A stretch of DNA of 64,000 nt from Bacteroidales bacterium. Its GTDB lineage: Bacteria; Bacteroidota; Bacteroidia; Bacteroidales; UBA1715. The notes under the pieces were generated by a model that worked only from the letters and a program-made list of their open reading frames with translations, did no database searches and was not told the DNA's origin. Shown here one piece after another: positions 47,601 through 56,546 of this stretch (the stretch's first letter is position 1; every line of letters starts with the position of its first letter). Both the position numbers and the translations under genes were made by a program. The DNA lies in assembly GCA_027858745.1 (NCBI GenBank), contig JAQICB010000151.1, positions 10,925-74,924 on the forward strand. Direction: 5' to 3'.

Positions 47601-49911
47601 CGCAATTCATAAACAGAATATCATTTTGAGATGTTGAATAATTTCTGCTTGTGAATACAATCATATTTTCTTCAGGATTTAATTTTGCATCAACCATTGC
47701 ACATGAAACATCAGCCCATCCATAATTTATATCTCCGGTTGATTTTTCGAATGTAATATCATTATTGTCAATAATATATCTGTGTAATTGAATTGTTGGA
47801 TTATCCCACGAACGTTGCATTAAATATAAATAATGAGCATTTGGTGTTCCGGGAACAGTTCTCGAAACTGCAGCAGCAGTTGTATATGTTGTTTGAGAAT
47901 TATCTGCTAATTCAAGAGGTTTATCTTTTTCGTGAAATTCGATAGTATTCCCGCCATTATATAACACACGACTATACACCCAATTTGTTGGTGTAAAAGG
48001 TTCCATATTATATGCTTTTATAGTATCAGTCCATTCTTTGTAAATAATATACCACTCATAATTTGTTTCAGGAACTTTTACTATGTGTATATCACATGAA
48101 CGTATACCGTTTAATCCTTCGTTAGTAAGTTTTGTGCCTTCAGCTGTATATAATTGAATACTCTTTGGATTGCTGGTGCCATCATGAATCGCATAGAACA
48201 TTAAATTTCCGCAATTATCGTATGAAGCAGCTGCAGATCCATTTTTATCGTCAGATTCATCTGCTGAAAAAGTTTCAACTTCTGCCGGAACATTTCTAAA
48301 ATCAACGGTAACAGCACTGTTTGATGTTTTTGGCATAAGTGGCCATACTGGTATACCCGCTTGCGGAAGTAATGCACTTTGCACGGTAACTAATACTTTT
48401 TGAGCAGCAATTTCGCATAATCCGTTTGATGCCACTAGATTAATCGAAAATGCACCGGTTTCGGTTGGAGTAAATGTAAAATCTTCATCGGTTGATACTT
48501 CCGTGTCGTTAACTAACCATGAATATGAATGAGCCTGAGAACTGGTGTTTGTAAATGTAAGAGGATTATGAGGAGTTGTTTTTAAACTTGTGTAAGAGAA
48601 TGATGCTTCTACCGGACAGGTCACAGCAAAAGTAAATGATTCTTCTTTGGTACATCCTTCTTCACCGTTTGATGCAACAAGTGTTACGGTAAATGTGCCG
48701 GTTTCACTTGCAGTATAGTCAAAATTTTCTTGTGAGTGAACAAATACGTCATTAATATACCATTCGTATGATGATGCTTCTGTTGTATTGTTTGCAATAG
48801 TGAAAGAATCTCCTATAGTTATTTCTTCTGCAGGCCATTCAAGGGATACAGAAATTGGTGTAGTACAATCTAAAATTCCCGGTGAAGAAAGCAGTTCGTA
48901 CCGAATGTTAGAAATAGTATTGTTCACTCTCTGACCCTGACCATTTGTGAATGAAGTATAACAAGATGTATTACTGTAATCCATGAAATTGTGTTTCATG
49001 TCGGGAACATCACCAAGACCACCAAGAGCAACCGGGCGAAACGGGTTTTCTGTGGACTGATCATCAGCATCTGTTGTACAGGTATTGTTTCCTGATGTAC
49101 ATGAGTAATATCCCGCAGTACCATTATTATGTTGTGGCGGAGTGTCACACACCATGTCGCCGTCAACATTGCAATTATCATTTTCACAACCGCCTTCGAA
49201 TGTATGTAAAAGACCGAGATAATGACCGATTTCGTGAATAACAACGCTCGTATTTTGTGCCGTAGCACCAAAATATTGAGATTCTACAACTATACCGTCT
49301 CGTAGTGGAATGTTATTGAGAGCTGTCGGCATATAAGCATATCCGGCAACACCACAATTATATCCCGAGCAAATACTGTTAACTAACCATATGTTAATGT
49401 AATCATGTGGATTCCATCGTGATAAATTCTTAAGCGGTAAATCATCTTTAGGATAATACCCTACAGTTGTCATATCCATATTAGTTAATGATGACTCTGT
49501 GCGTGTAATTCCGTTTGTGGGGTTTCCGTTAGGATCTATTTCAGCCAGTTGAAACTGAATGTTTGTTTCAACACTTTCATTATAATAGTCATATCCTCCG
49601 AATGCTTGGTTAATATAGTCTATTCCTTGCATAATTTGTTCGTCTGTTATTTCTCCTGCGATTCCGTCATGTATAACGTGAACTACTACCGGAAGAGTAC
49701 GGGTTTCTTCACTTTTAAGTAGATGTTGCTGCGGAAACGATTTGTACAAATTACGTAAAGAATCCATGTTTTGACCTTGTGGAAGACCGTTAAAATTTGG
49801 ATCTTCAAAAATAATTGTTCCTGATGAAACAGTGTCTGTTTGAGCATTGCTTAGTGTAGAAATACAGCATAAGCATACAATCATAAAATAGGTAAATAGA
49901 TTTTTTCTCAT
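44638..49911 (-). CDS. Giant secreted M43-family (pappalysin/cytophagalysin-like) zinc metalloprotease with PKD-like domains, beta-helix-like region and T9SS type A CTD
   Basis: 1757 aa. Signal peptide. Metzincin motif HEIGHYLGLLHTF followed by CDTPP (aa 226-260). Two PKD-like domains (aa ~350-515). An N/G/I-rich repetitive region near aa 1380-1610. C-terminus IFPNPYTT...YILKVV...IIKE. Confidence 0.85.
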   Translation of the reverse strand: MRKNLFTYFMIVCLCCISTLSNAQTDTVSSGTIIFEDPNFNGLPQGQNMDSLRNLYKSFPQQHLLKSEETRTLPVVVHVIHDGIAGEITDEQIMQGIDYINQAFGGYDYYNESVETNIQFQLAEIDPNGNPTNGITRTESSLTNMDMTTVGYYPKDDLPLKNLSRWNPHDYINIWLVNSICSGYNCGVAGYAYMPTALNNIPLRDGIVVESQYFGATAQNTSVVIHEIGHYLGLLHTFEGGCENDNCNVDGDMVCDTPPQHNNGTAGYYSCTSGNNTCTTDADDQSTENPFRPVALGGLGDVPDMKHNFMDYSNTSCYTSFTNGQGQRVNNTISNIRYELLSSPGILDCTTPISVSLEWPAEEITIGDSFTIANNTTEASSYEWYINDVFVHSQENFDYTASETGTFTVTLVASNGEEGCTKEESFTFAVTCPVEASFSYTSLKTTPHNPLTFTNTSSQAHSYSWLVNDTEVSTDEDFTFTPTETGAFSINLVASNGLCEIAAQKVLVTVQSALLPQAGIPVWPLMPKTSNSAVTVDFRNVPAEVETFSADESDDKNGSAAASYDNCGNLMFYAIHDGTSNPKSIQLYTAEGTKLTNEGLNGIRSCDIHIVKVPETNYEWYIIYKEWTDTIKAYNMEPFTPTNWVYSRVLYNGGNTIEFHEKDKPLELADNSQTTYTTAAAVSRTVPGTPNAHYLYLMQRSWDNPTIQLHRYIIDNNDITFEKSTGDINYGWADVSCAMVDAKLNPEENMIVFTSRNYSTSQNDILFMNCEEFSNNPANYRLFALGNQLIQNNNNEWVTASSVINDIGKSVSYFDFSPNGKFIFFISGGNQARRSSYVNYLTQLEIPDNVYDSQDLCYLRIQIQTGKSSLADISSAYNGNLYFTKQTFNESEDKKLYIIPEDVANSYIEQNIIPGSIDFSTSENPNIDIPSGIGITQLPTQIAGYNYLKDDAVNTHVAINAIGCDGDCAENSFTVDVFETESKITVGTFNVDSCIAEINFCADYNTSYSIRENVTNSVFTDAIINGEVRYPNNDDEFVFVVENDCDSLCTSIDLAIDTVQQNCDSTEVELLINVTNIGISPMISSVPFTVYTSDYSNIVYTGTIDQTIETNETITVSARVPRSENSTFFIHLNDDGNFISLGYPVTDIVECDYTNNTDSITVSYPSLTLNLGNDTTICHNSTLIIKAPEGFESHIWLNSYSTAPTYQVFGEERVFIEATDACGMVYHDDILVSIYDTIVDMYSDVTICNDSSDVYEITLTNHEDTSITPNIGITRTGDGFIFNPNETTTYTMHFTGENGCIVEDSFTVFVEECGSACTVDAGEDVTICNASSTRLTASSTDCNEGTSLCSEPVSPTVSCDNASRTISGNSWENINDIVAVPSGEEFTGGINMNGGTLIICGEFNPQNINFNSGSIIVLGSADISNMNMNNAQSIFENYGTVSFGNATWNGTIINHGDMSFNNDCNWNNTQAQLINTGEILCKQSLNNNGIIDNSGSITVNNSFRNNSEGQLTSVCKINVSREFHNNGTLHNQGIISVDETTFINGSGTTNMLEGSLLSTTNIYVNAPVSGIGDDCALIDVSGITTLNSNTNFEGNVSLCDANGIETNNINYSSDCSCEANGNASQLSYTWTPKTGLESTSGKKIVAAPTTTTTYTVEVTDADGNTSSDIVTVFVEDCPSPLEIFPNPYTTYVDIIIHTSTSTTALVQINGINGGTYYYNNSVPTNEMFRIYPPSNTGTYILKVVADEFIEQETIIKE

Positions 49912-50051
49912 AGCAAAAATGGTGTTTAATGATTAATAAATTGGTAATTATGTGTTATTGCGTTGCAAAACTAAAAAAAAAAAGATATTAACCAAAAGAA
50001 AAAAATAATAATTGTAATTTTGAAAAATATTAAGAAAAATATGAAATCGCT

Positions 50052-51407
50052 GTGAAACAAAAAGAAACTATTATTGTTGGTGGTGGAATAACGGGGCTTG
50101 CCACAGCCTATATTGCTGCAAAAAATGACAAACATGTTGTAGTTGTAGAAGCTGGTAAAAATATCGGCGGTTTGTTGAGTACTTATGATGTGGGCGGTAA
50201 TCAATTGGAATTGTTTTATCATCATTTTTTTACACATGATGCCGAATTGCATTGGCTTATCAAAGAATTAGGAATTGAAGATAAATTATTTTATAAAAAA
50301 ACATCAATGGGCGTTTTTAAAAATGGAAAGATTTTTAATTTTAATACGCCATTCGATTTATTGAAATTCAAACCAATACATTTTTTTGATAAAATTAGGT
50401 TCGGAATAACAACACTTTTTTTAGGGAAAATTGCATCGTGGAGAAAATATGAGCATGTGTCTTCCTTCGCTTGGCTCAATAAATGGGCTGGAAAAAGCAC
50501 GGCAAAATCTTTATGGAATCCTTTGTTGAATATAAAATTTGGTCCATTTTCGTCGCACGTACCACTTACATGGATGATAGGACGAATGCGTCAGCGTATG
50601 AATTCGCGGAAAAGTGGTGACGAACGATTAGGGTATGTGCAAGGGAGTTTGCAAGTTGTATTGCAGGCTTTATTGCAGAAATTAGATGAATATAATGTTG
50701 AAATTTACACAGAGCATCCGGTGAAATCTATTTCAGTATTACATAATAACATTAGCTGTATACATACATCTCAGAGAGATTTTTCGGGAGACTCGTATGT
50801 GTTTACTATTCCGAGTCCGTTTTTAGCACAATTATTTCGTCCGATACTTCCGGATTATGCCGATTTTTTAGCTCAAGTTTCTTATTTTGGAGCTATATGT
50901 GTTGTGCTTGAATTGGATCAGCCTTTGAGTGATGTGTATTGGTTGAATATTGCCGATGACGGCTATCCTTTTGGTGGTGTAATCGAACACACCAATTTTA
51001 TTCCTGCTGCTGAGTACGATAATAGACATATTGTGTATTTATCTCGGTATTTCGCATTGTCTGAGCAAATTGCAACAATGGAAACAGATGAAATTGCTGA
51101 GATGATGATAGATTTTTTACCACGCATTAATCCGACATTTTCAGAAGATTGGATTTTGAAAAAATCGGTATTCCGGACAAAAACAGCTGCTACAGTTTGT
51201 GATTTGGGCTTTTCTCAGAAAGTTCCCGATTGTAAAATGCCACTCGATAATTCATTTATTATAAATATGAGTCATATATATCCTGATGAACGGAGTACTA
51301 ATAATTCTATTAGAATAGCTGCAGAAGGATGTAAAGTTATGGGAATGAATGCTGATTTTGTTCCAAAAAATAATTCTTTGTCTGGTCAAATAGGTTTTTC
51401 GTTATGA
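50052..51407 (+). CDS. FAD/NAD(P)-binding oxidoreductase (phytoene desaturase / amine oxidase superfamily)
   Basis: 451 aa. N-terminal dinucleotide-binding motif IVGGGITGLATAY...VVVVEAGKNIGG. GTG start. Substrate unknown. Confidence 0.8.
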   Translation: MKQKETIIVGGGITGLATAYIAAKNDKHVVVVEAGKNIGGLLSTYDVGGNQLELFYHHFFTHDAELHWLIKELGIEDKLFYKKTSMGVFKNGKIFNFNTPFDLLKFKPIHFFDKIRFGITTLFLGKIASWRKYEHVSSFAWLNKWAGKSTAKSLWNPLLNIKFGPFSSHVPLTWMIGRMRQRMNSRKSGDERLGYVQGSLQVVLQALLQKLDEYNVEIYTEHPVKSISVLHNNISCIHTSQRDFSGDSYVFTIPSPFLAQLFRPILPDYADFLAQVSYFGAICVVLELDQPLSDVYWLNIADDGYPFGGVIEHTNFIPAAEYDNRHIVYLSRYFALSEQIATMETDEIAEMMIDFLPRINPTFSEDWILKKSVFRTKTAATVCDLGFSQKVPDCKMPLDNSFIINMSHIYPDERSTNNSIRIAAEGCKVMGMNADFVPKNNSLSGQIGFSL

Positions 51408-52369
51408 TATCAATTGTTATTCCTTTATTGAATGAAGAAGAAAATGTTGAGCAGTTATATGCTCGTTTAACAGAAAGTAGTCCATTATGGAAAGAGGATT
51501 ATGAAATACTTTTTGTTGATGACGGTTCAACGGATAATACCTTGTGTTTGTTGCAAAATATTTGTCAACAAGATTCGCGTATATCTATAGTTAAATTAAC
51601 GCGAAATTTTGGTCATCAGGCTGCTATTTCTGCCGGCATGGCTGCATCAAAAGGCGATGCGGTAATTATTATGGATGGCGATTTGCAAGATCCACCGGAG
51701 GAATTACCTCGTTTTTTGAAAAAATGGCGTGAAGGATATCAAGTAGTGTATGCTATAAGAACAAAACGTAAAGAAAATATTATTAAACGAATCGCATATA
51801 GTTTGTTTTATCGTATTCTGCATAAAATAAGTGATATTGAAATACCTCTAGATTCAGGTGATTTTTGCGTAATGGACAGAAAGGTTGTTGATACCTTAAC
51901 AAAAGAAATGTTAGAACAAAGTCGGTTTGTGCGGGGGTTACGTGCGTATGCCGGGTATAAGCAAATTGGGGTTGAATATGTACGTGCTGAAAGAGCTGCC
52001 GGTGAAGTTAAATATACATTTAAAAAATTATTAAAGTTAGCTATGGACGGTCTGTTTGATTTTTCTACTGTACCTTTGAAATTAGCTACCTATCTCGGTT
52101 TTATTATTTCTATTCCTTCCTTTATTATCGGCATTTTTTTTATTTTTCATCGTTTGTTGGATTTTAAAGTATTGGGGCATTCACCTTCTGATACTCCGGG
52201 TTTGGCAACATTAACCGTTGGTATGTTTTTTTTAGGTGGAATTATGATGATTATGCTTGGTGTTATTGGTGAATATATTGCTCGTATATATTTTGAAGTT
52301 AAAAAACGTCCATTTTATATTATTGAAGAAATTATATCTCAGAATAATCCTCCAAAATCTGATAAATAG
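51404..52369 (+). CDS. Family 2 glycosyltransferase, polyprenyl-phosphate sugar synthase type (GtrB/CsbB/ArnC/DPM1-like)
   Basis: 321 aa. ISIVIPLLNEEEN start, the DDGSTD and DGDLQD (DxD) motifs, and two C-terminal TM helices. This is the architecture of GtrB/ArnC-type enzymes. ATGA overlap with the upstream gene. Confidence 0.9.
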   Translation: MISIVIPLLNEEENVEQLYARLTESSPLWKEDYEILFVDDGSTDNTLCLLQNICQQDSRISIVKLTRNFGHQAAISAGMAASKGDAVIIMDGDLQDPPEELPRFLKKWREGYQVVYAIRTKRKENIIKRIAYSLFYRILHKISDIEIPLDSGDFCVMDRKVVDTLTKEMLEQSRFVRGLRAYAGYKQIGVEYVRAERAAGEVKYTFKKLLKLAMDGLFDFSTVPLKLATYLGFIISIPSFIIGIFFIFHRLLDFKVLGHSPSDTPGLATLTVGMFFLGGIMMIMLGVIGEYIARIYFEVKKRPFYIIEEIISQNNPPKSDK

Positions 52370-52375
52370 GTTGCT

Positions 52376-53326
52376 ATGAATAAAAAAACGGTGTTGGGAA
52401 TTGTTGGTATCATTATCACGGTATTTTTATTATGGTACTTTTTTTCTCAATATGATATTTCAAAAACTTGGACTATAATTTCGCAGACATCTTTAGGCAT
52501 TATTATATTGATGTCTTGTGTGTATTTATCTGCTTTTATCTTTCGAACTTTTCGCTGGCAGCTTATGTTTCCTGCACAAAAAAAAGATTTTTTCCATTTT
52601 TTTAAAAGTATAGTTCTCGGCTATGCAGGAAATAATGTATTGCCTGCTCGTGGAGGCGAATTGGTGAGGATGGAATATTTTAGTAAAAAAACTGCTATTC
52701 CTCGTATTACTTCACTTAGCTCTATTGGAGTTGAGAAAATAATTGATGCAACTATTTTGTTGTTTTTTTTTGCAGCTTCATTGGCGCTAGTAAATTTAAA
52801 GGCAGATGATGTATATATATACAGAAGTTTTATTGTTGTTCTTTCTGTTTTGTTGCCGGTGTTGATGTTCTTGGTTTTATTATATTTTCATGGTATGCGA
52901 ATAATTAATTATTTGAATCAGAAACATAATTTTTTATATAAATTTGCTCCAATAGTTCAAAAAATTTATGATTCAATAGTTTTTTTAGAAACGCGTAATA
53001 ATACGCTTAAAATTATATTTCTATCAATTCTTATCTGGTTGATAGAAGCGCTTGTGTTTATTATTGCTATATATTCAATTATAGGAGTTGGTTTTATGAG
53101 TGCTTCTATTATTGGGTTGTTAGCATTGTCACTTGTTAATTTCGCAATTATTATTCCTTCGTCTCCCGGATACATTGGAGTGTTCCAAATGGCTATTGTC
53201 ATTGCTTTATCTGCCTTTGATATTTCGGAACAATATAGTTTTGCAACATCTGTTGTAATTCATGCATGTCAATTTTTTCCGACATTGTTAATAGGCGGAA
53301 TTCTTGTGTTGTATAAAAAGAAATAA
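52376..53326 (+). CDS. Flippase-like / lysylphosphatidylglycerol-synthase transmembrane-domain (UPF0104) family protein
   Basis: 316 aa with about 8 TM helices. The conserved N..LPaRgGE..R motif (GNNVLPARGGELVRM) is typical of the UPF0104/MprF N-terminal flippase-domain family. Confidence 0.7.
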   Translation: MNKKTVLGIVGIIITVFLLWYFFSQYDISKTWTIISQTSLGIIILMSCVYLSAFIFRTFRWQLMFPAQKKDFFHFFKSIVLGYAGNNVLPARGGELVRMEYFSKKTAIPRITSLSSIGVEKIIDATILLFFFAASLALVNLKADDVYIYRSFIVVLSVLLPVLMFLVLLYFHGMRIINYLNQKHNFLYKFAPIVQKIYDSIVFLETRNNTLKIIFLSILIWLIEALVFIIAIYSIIGVGFMSASIIGLLALSLVNFAIIIPSSPGYIGVFQMAIVIALSAFDISEQYSFATSVVIHACQFFPTLLIGGILVLYKKK

Positions 53327-53329
53327 GTT

Positions 53330-55060
53330 ATGTCTCGTTCTACTATCTATTGGATTTTTACCGTATGTATTTTTATTATTTATTTTTTTCCCTATTTCGT
53401 ATTAGGAGAGGATGCTTATTTTTTTATTCATGATAATTTAGATTCGGATGTTGTTTGGTATAAAATAGTTGCTGAAAATGAACATGTTTTTTGTATTTCT
53501 AATGAGAATACGATAAAGCAAATTATGAATGGTATTCCGCGTAATTCTTTACCAAGCGGTTATTCATTGCTTACACTTTTGTTTATAGTTTGTTCCCCTT
53601 TTTGTGCTTTTCTTATTAATTATATGCTTACCCATATTATTAGTTTTATTGGTATGTTTTTATTATTGAAAAAACATGTCTTTTCCAATATTTTCTATCA
53701 TAAACATACACGGTTTTTTGTATATATTCTTTCTTTTAGTTTTGCATTATTACCTTTTTACGGTACTCATCCCGGTATAGCAATTAGTGGCATACCTCTT
53801 ATAGTATGGGCATTTGTGTATTTGTATAATGATAGAGCTTCCAGGTATCATTATCTAATAATTATATTTTATGCTTTTTATTCTTCTTTAATATATGTTG
53901 GGGTTTTTATTTTGTTTTTTTTGGGTATTATTTGGTTACGAAAAATATATAAAACACGAAGATTTTCGAAACAACTTTTTCTCGGTATTCTCTTTTTGTT
54001 TATTGGACAATTAGTTTCTGAAATTCATTTAGTAGCTCAGTTTTTTGATGCTTCTTTTGTTTCTCATCGTGTTGAATTTTTTCCTAAAAATTTGTCTTTT
54101 ATTGAGTCGTTGCAGTCAGCTGGAAAATTGCTTTTATTTGGCTATTATCATGCACCTTCGTATCATGGTATAATTCTTTTGTTTGTTGTATTTACCGTAC
54201 TGTTTTTTCGAAAGAAATGTGTGCATTTTTCTATGTGTAGATTGTTACAAAGAATTTGTATTGTGATTGTATCTATAGTTTTATTATATGGTATATGGGA
54301 TTATGGACATTTTCAGGTAATTAAAGATAATGTGGCATTATTAAAAATTATTCAATGGCAACGTTTTTATTGGTTATTGCCTTTTTTATGGATAATGGCA
54401 TTTTCGATTAGTATTTATGTATTTCTTTCCAAAAATAAAAAAATAGTTCCTTTGTATGTAGTTGTGATACTTCAATTTTTTGTTGTATTAGCAAGTAATA
54501 CAAAAGTGTTGGCAAGTTATTATGAAATGGTTTATCCATATGTGAAAAATGCACTTACATCATCCCCGCATCCTCCCAAACTTTCATATTCTCGGTTTTA
54601 TGATACAAAATTGTTTGCGGAAATTCGTGATTCTATTGCAGAACCTCCGGATTCGTACCGGATTGTTTCTATTGGTTTAGTTCCGGAAATAGCTGTGTAT
54701 AACGGGTTTTATACACTTGATAGTTATCAGAGAAATTATAGTCTCGCTTATAAAGATGAGTTTAAAAAAATAATATCGCAGGAGTTAGATAAAGATTCTG
54801 TTATTAATGATTATTTTAATTCATGGGGCTCGCGATGTTATATTTTTTCACATGAATTAGGAATTCAATACCGCTTTTCAAAAACTGATACGACAGTAAT
54901 TTCTGATTTGTCATTGGATTATACGCAATTGAAAAATATGGGAGCCCAGTATATTTTTTCGGCCGTTCCTGTATATAATGAGCAGCAAAATCTGGAATTA
55001 TTTGGAATGTTTCAACACAATGATTCTTATTGGAAAATATATGTGTATGAAATTATTTGA
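53330..55060 (+). CDS. Large polytopic membrane protein, possible GT-C-type glycosyltransferase (family uncertain)
   Basis: 576 aa. About 11-13 TM helices followed by a ~170-aa soluble C-terminal domain. An acidic motif (HDNLDSD) sits in the first extracytoplasmic loop. Starts 3 nt after the previous gene. Confidence 0.5.
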   Translation: MSRSTIYWIFTVCIFIIYFFPYFVLGEDAYFFIHDNLDSDVVWYKIVAENEHVFCISNENTIKQIMNGIPRNSLPSGYSLLTLLFIVCSPFCAFLINYMLTHIISFIGMFLLLKKHVFSNIFYHKHTRFFVYILSFSFALLPFYGTHPGIAISGIPLIVWAFVYLYNDRASRYHYLIIIFYAFYSSLIYVGVFILFFLGIIWLRKIYKTRRFSKQLFLGILFLFIGQLVSEIHLVAQFFDASFVSHRVEFFPKNLSFIESLQSAGKLLLFGYYHAPSYHGIILLFVVFTVLFFRKKCVHFSMCRLLQRICIVIVSIVLLYGIWDYGHFQVIKDNVALLKIIQWQRFYWLLPFLWIMAFSISIYVFLSKNKKIVPLYVVVILQFFVVLASNTKVLASYYEMVYPYVKNALTSSPHPPKLSYSRFYDTKLFAEIRDSIAEPPDSYRIVSIGLVPEIAVYNGFYTLDSYQRNYSLAYKDEFKKIISQELDKDSVINDYFNSWGSRCYIFSHELGIQYRFSKTDTTVISDLSLDYTQLKNMGAQYIFSAVPVYNEQQNLELFGMFQHNDSYWKIYVYEII

Positions 55061-56540
55061 TTTTTTGCAGCAGAGATTTGTATACGTTTGTAACATCTTC
55101 AGAAACTGAACATGCAATAGTTAATCCGCCAAAAATAATTATTGTCGTTAAACTGCGTACAATAATAGATATTATGAGTGACGAGATAGGTGGAATAAGA
55201 AAACAACAGGCAATGCTTATTGCTCCGATAAGTAAAACAATAATATGCTTTTTTGAATATGGTTGGAGTTTGTATTTTTTATTTACAAAAAGAAATGTAA
55301 AACATTGGTATATAAATTTTGCAATAAATGATGCAAAGGCTGCACCGGAAATGCCGTAACGAGGAATAAAAATTATATTCAGTATAATGATAAGTCCAAT
55401 AAAAATAAAAATACTTACTGATAAAATTTTATAATGAGGTGAATTAGCAATAATTGCATTGTTCGTGCCGGAAAACATTTCGGTTAAATAATATAAACCA
55501 ATAAATATTATAACCCAGAAACCTTGCGAATATTCTTGCGGAAGAATTCGGAAAATAGAATCGAGATTTACAATAATTCCAACAAATACAAGTGTTCCGA
55601 TTATAGCTTGATTAATAGTTGTTTTGCTGTATAACTCTTGAATTTTTCCGAGGTTTTTGACTTTCCATGCGTCTGCAATTATTGGGGTCGATATTTTTAT
55701 AAGAGGGCGAGCCGGAAGTATTATCATGGTTGCGAAATATGTGCAGGTAGTATAAATGCCAACTTGTGCCAGTGGATTGTCGATAATAATTTTTTCAATC
55801 ATTATGCGGTCAATATTAAGAATAAGAAAACTTGCTGCACTAATAAAAAACCCATACATACTTACGTTTGTGAGTTCTTTTCGCATTTTTTGTGTAAGTA
55901 TTTCTTTGTTTGGTTTGCAAAGGTGAAATCGTTTGTCCGATATGAGTCGGATAGTCATATAAATCATTATGTAGCCGTAGGCGGCAATATATAAATGAAT
56001 AAACTGATGAAAGGAAATATATTGTGCCCAATATAAACCGAATATTCCCAGTATAATAATACGTAAAATGAGTTCTCTTTGAAGTATGCCTCGTGCCGCA
56101 TTATACATAGCTCGGGTGTATGCGTCGAATGCATTAAAAAAAACGATGCTGATAAATAACGGAACTATGAGATATGCGTATTGAGTAAATAATGTGTTTT
56201 CCTGAGCAGAGTTTGAAACAATTAAGGGTTCTGCAATAAGAAATGTAGCGGTAATTAAAATTGCGCCAATTGTGGTAACAATAATAATAATATATAAGAA
56301 GCCATTGTGTTTTTCTTCATAGTTTCTAAAGTATGGAAACATTCTGCTTATTGTATGAAGAAATCCTCCTGAAGCTAATTGTGCAAAAAGAACACTATAG
56401 GTAACTAAAAGACTCAGAAGTCCGATTTGTTCGGGGCGTAAAAAATGCGGGAATAGTAGTCCGCTGGTAATAAAGCCCAATACAGCTCCGGCGTAAACAA
56501 CGACGGAGCCTGTAATGGACTGTTTTTGTACTATTCCCAT
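55053..56540 (-). CDS. Oligosaccharide flippase (Wzx/MOP superfamily polysaccharide biosynthesis protein)
   Basis: 495 aa with about 12-14 TM helices and the typical Wzx N-terminus (K..I.GS.V.Y.G...GF). Located in a glycan locus. Confidence 0.8.
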   Translation of the reverse strand: MGIVQKQSITGSVVVYAGAVLGFITSGLLFPHFLRPEQIGLLSLLVTYSVLFAQLASGGFLHTISRMFPYFRNYEEKHNGFLYIIIIVTTIGAILITATFLIAEPLIVSNSAQENTLFTQYAYLIVPLFISIVFFNAFDAYTRAMYNAARGILQRELILRIIILGIFGLYWAQYISFHQFIHLYIAAYGYIMIYMTIRLISDKRFHLCKPNKEILTQKMRKELTNVSMYGFFISAASFLILNIDRIMIEKIIIDNPLAQVGIYTTCTYFATMIILPARPLIKISTPIIADAWKVKNLGKIQELYSKTTINQAIIGTLVFVGIIVNLDSIFRILPQEYSQGFWVIIFIGLYYLTEMFSGTNNAIIANSPHYKILSVSIFIFIGLIIILNIIFIPRYGISGAAFASFIAKFIYQCFTFLFVNKKYKLQPYSKKHIIVLLIGAISIACCFLIPPISSLIISIIVRSLTTIIIFGGLTIACSVSEDVTNVYKSLLQKIK

Positions 56541-56546
56541 ATGAAA

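Noticed and set aside
49971-50252. 93-aa minus-strand ORF across the promoter region and start of the FAD oxidoreductase gene
   Set aside because: It is a low-complexity translation of A/T runs (FFFWLISFFF) and is antisense to the Rossmann-motif N-terminus.
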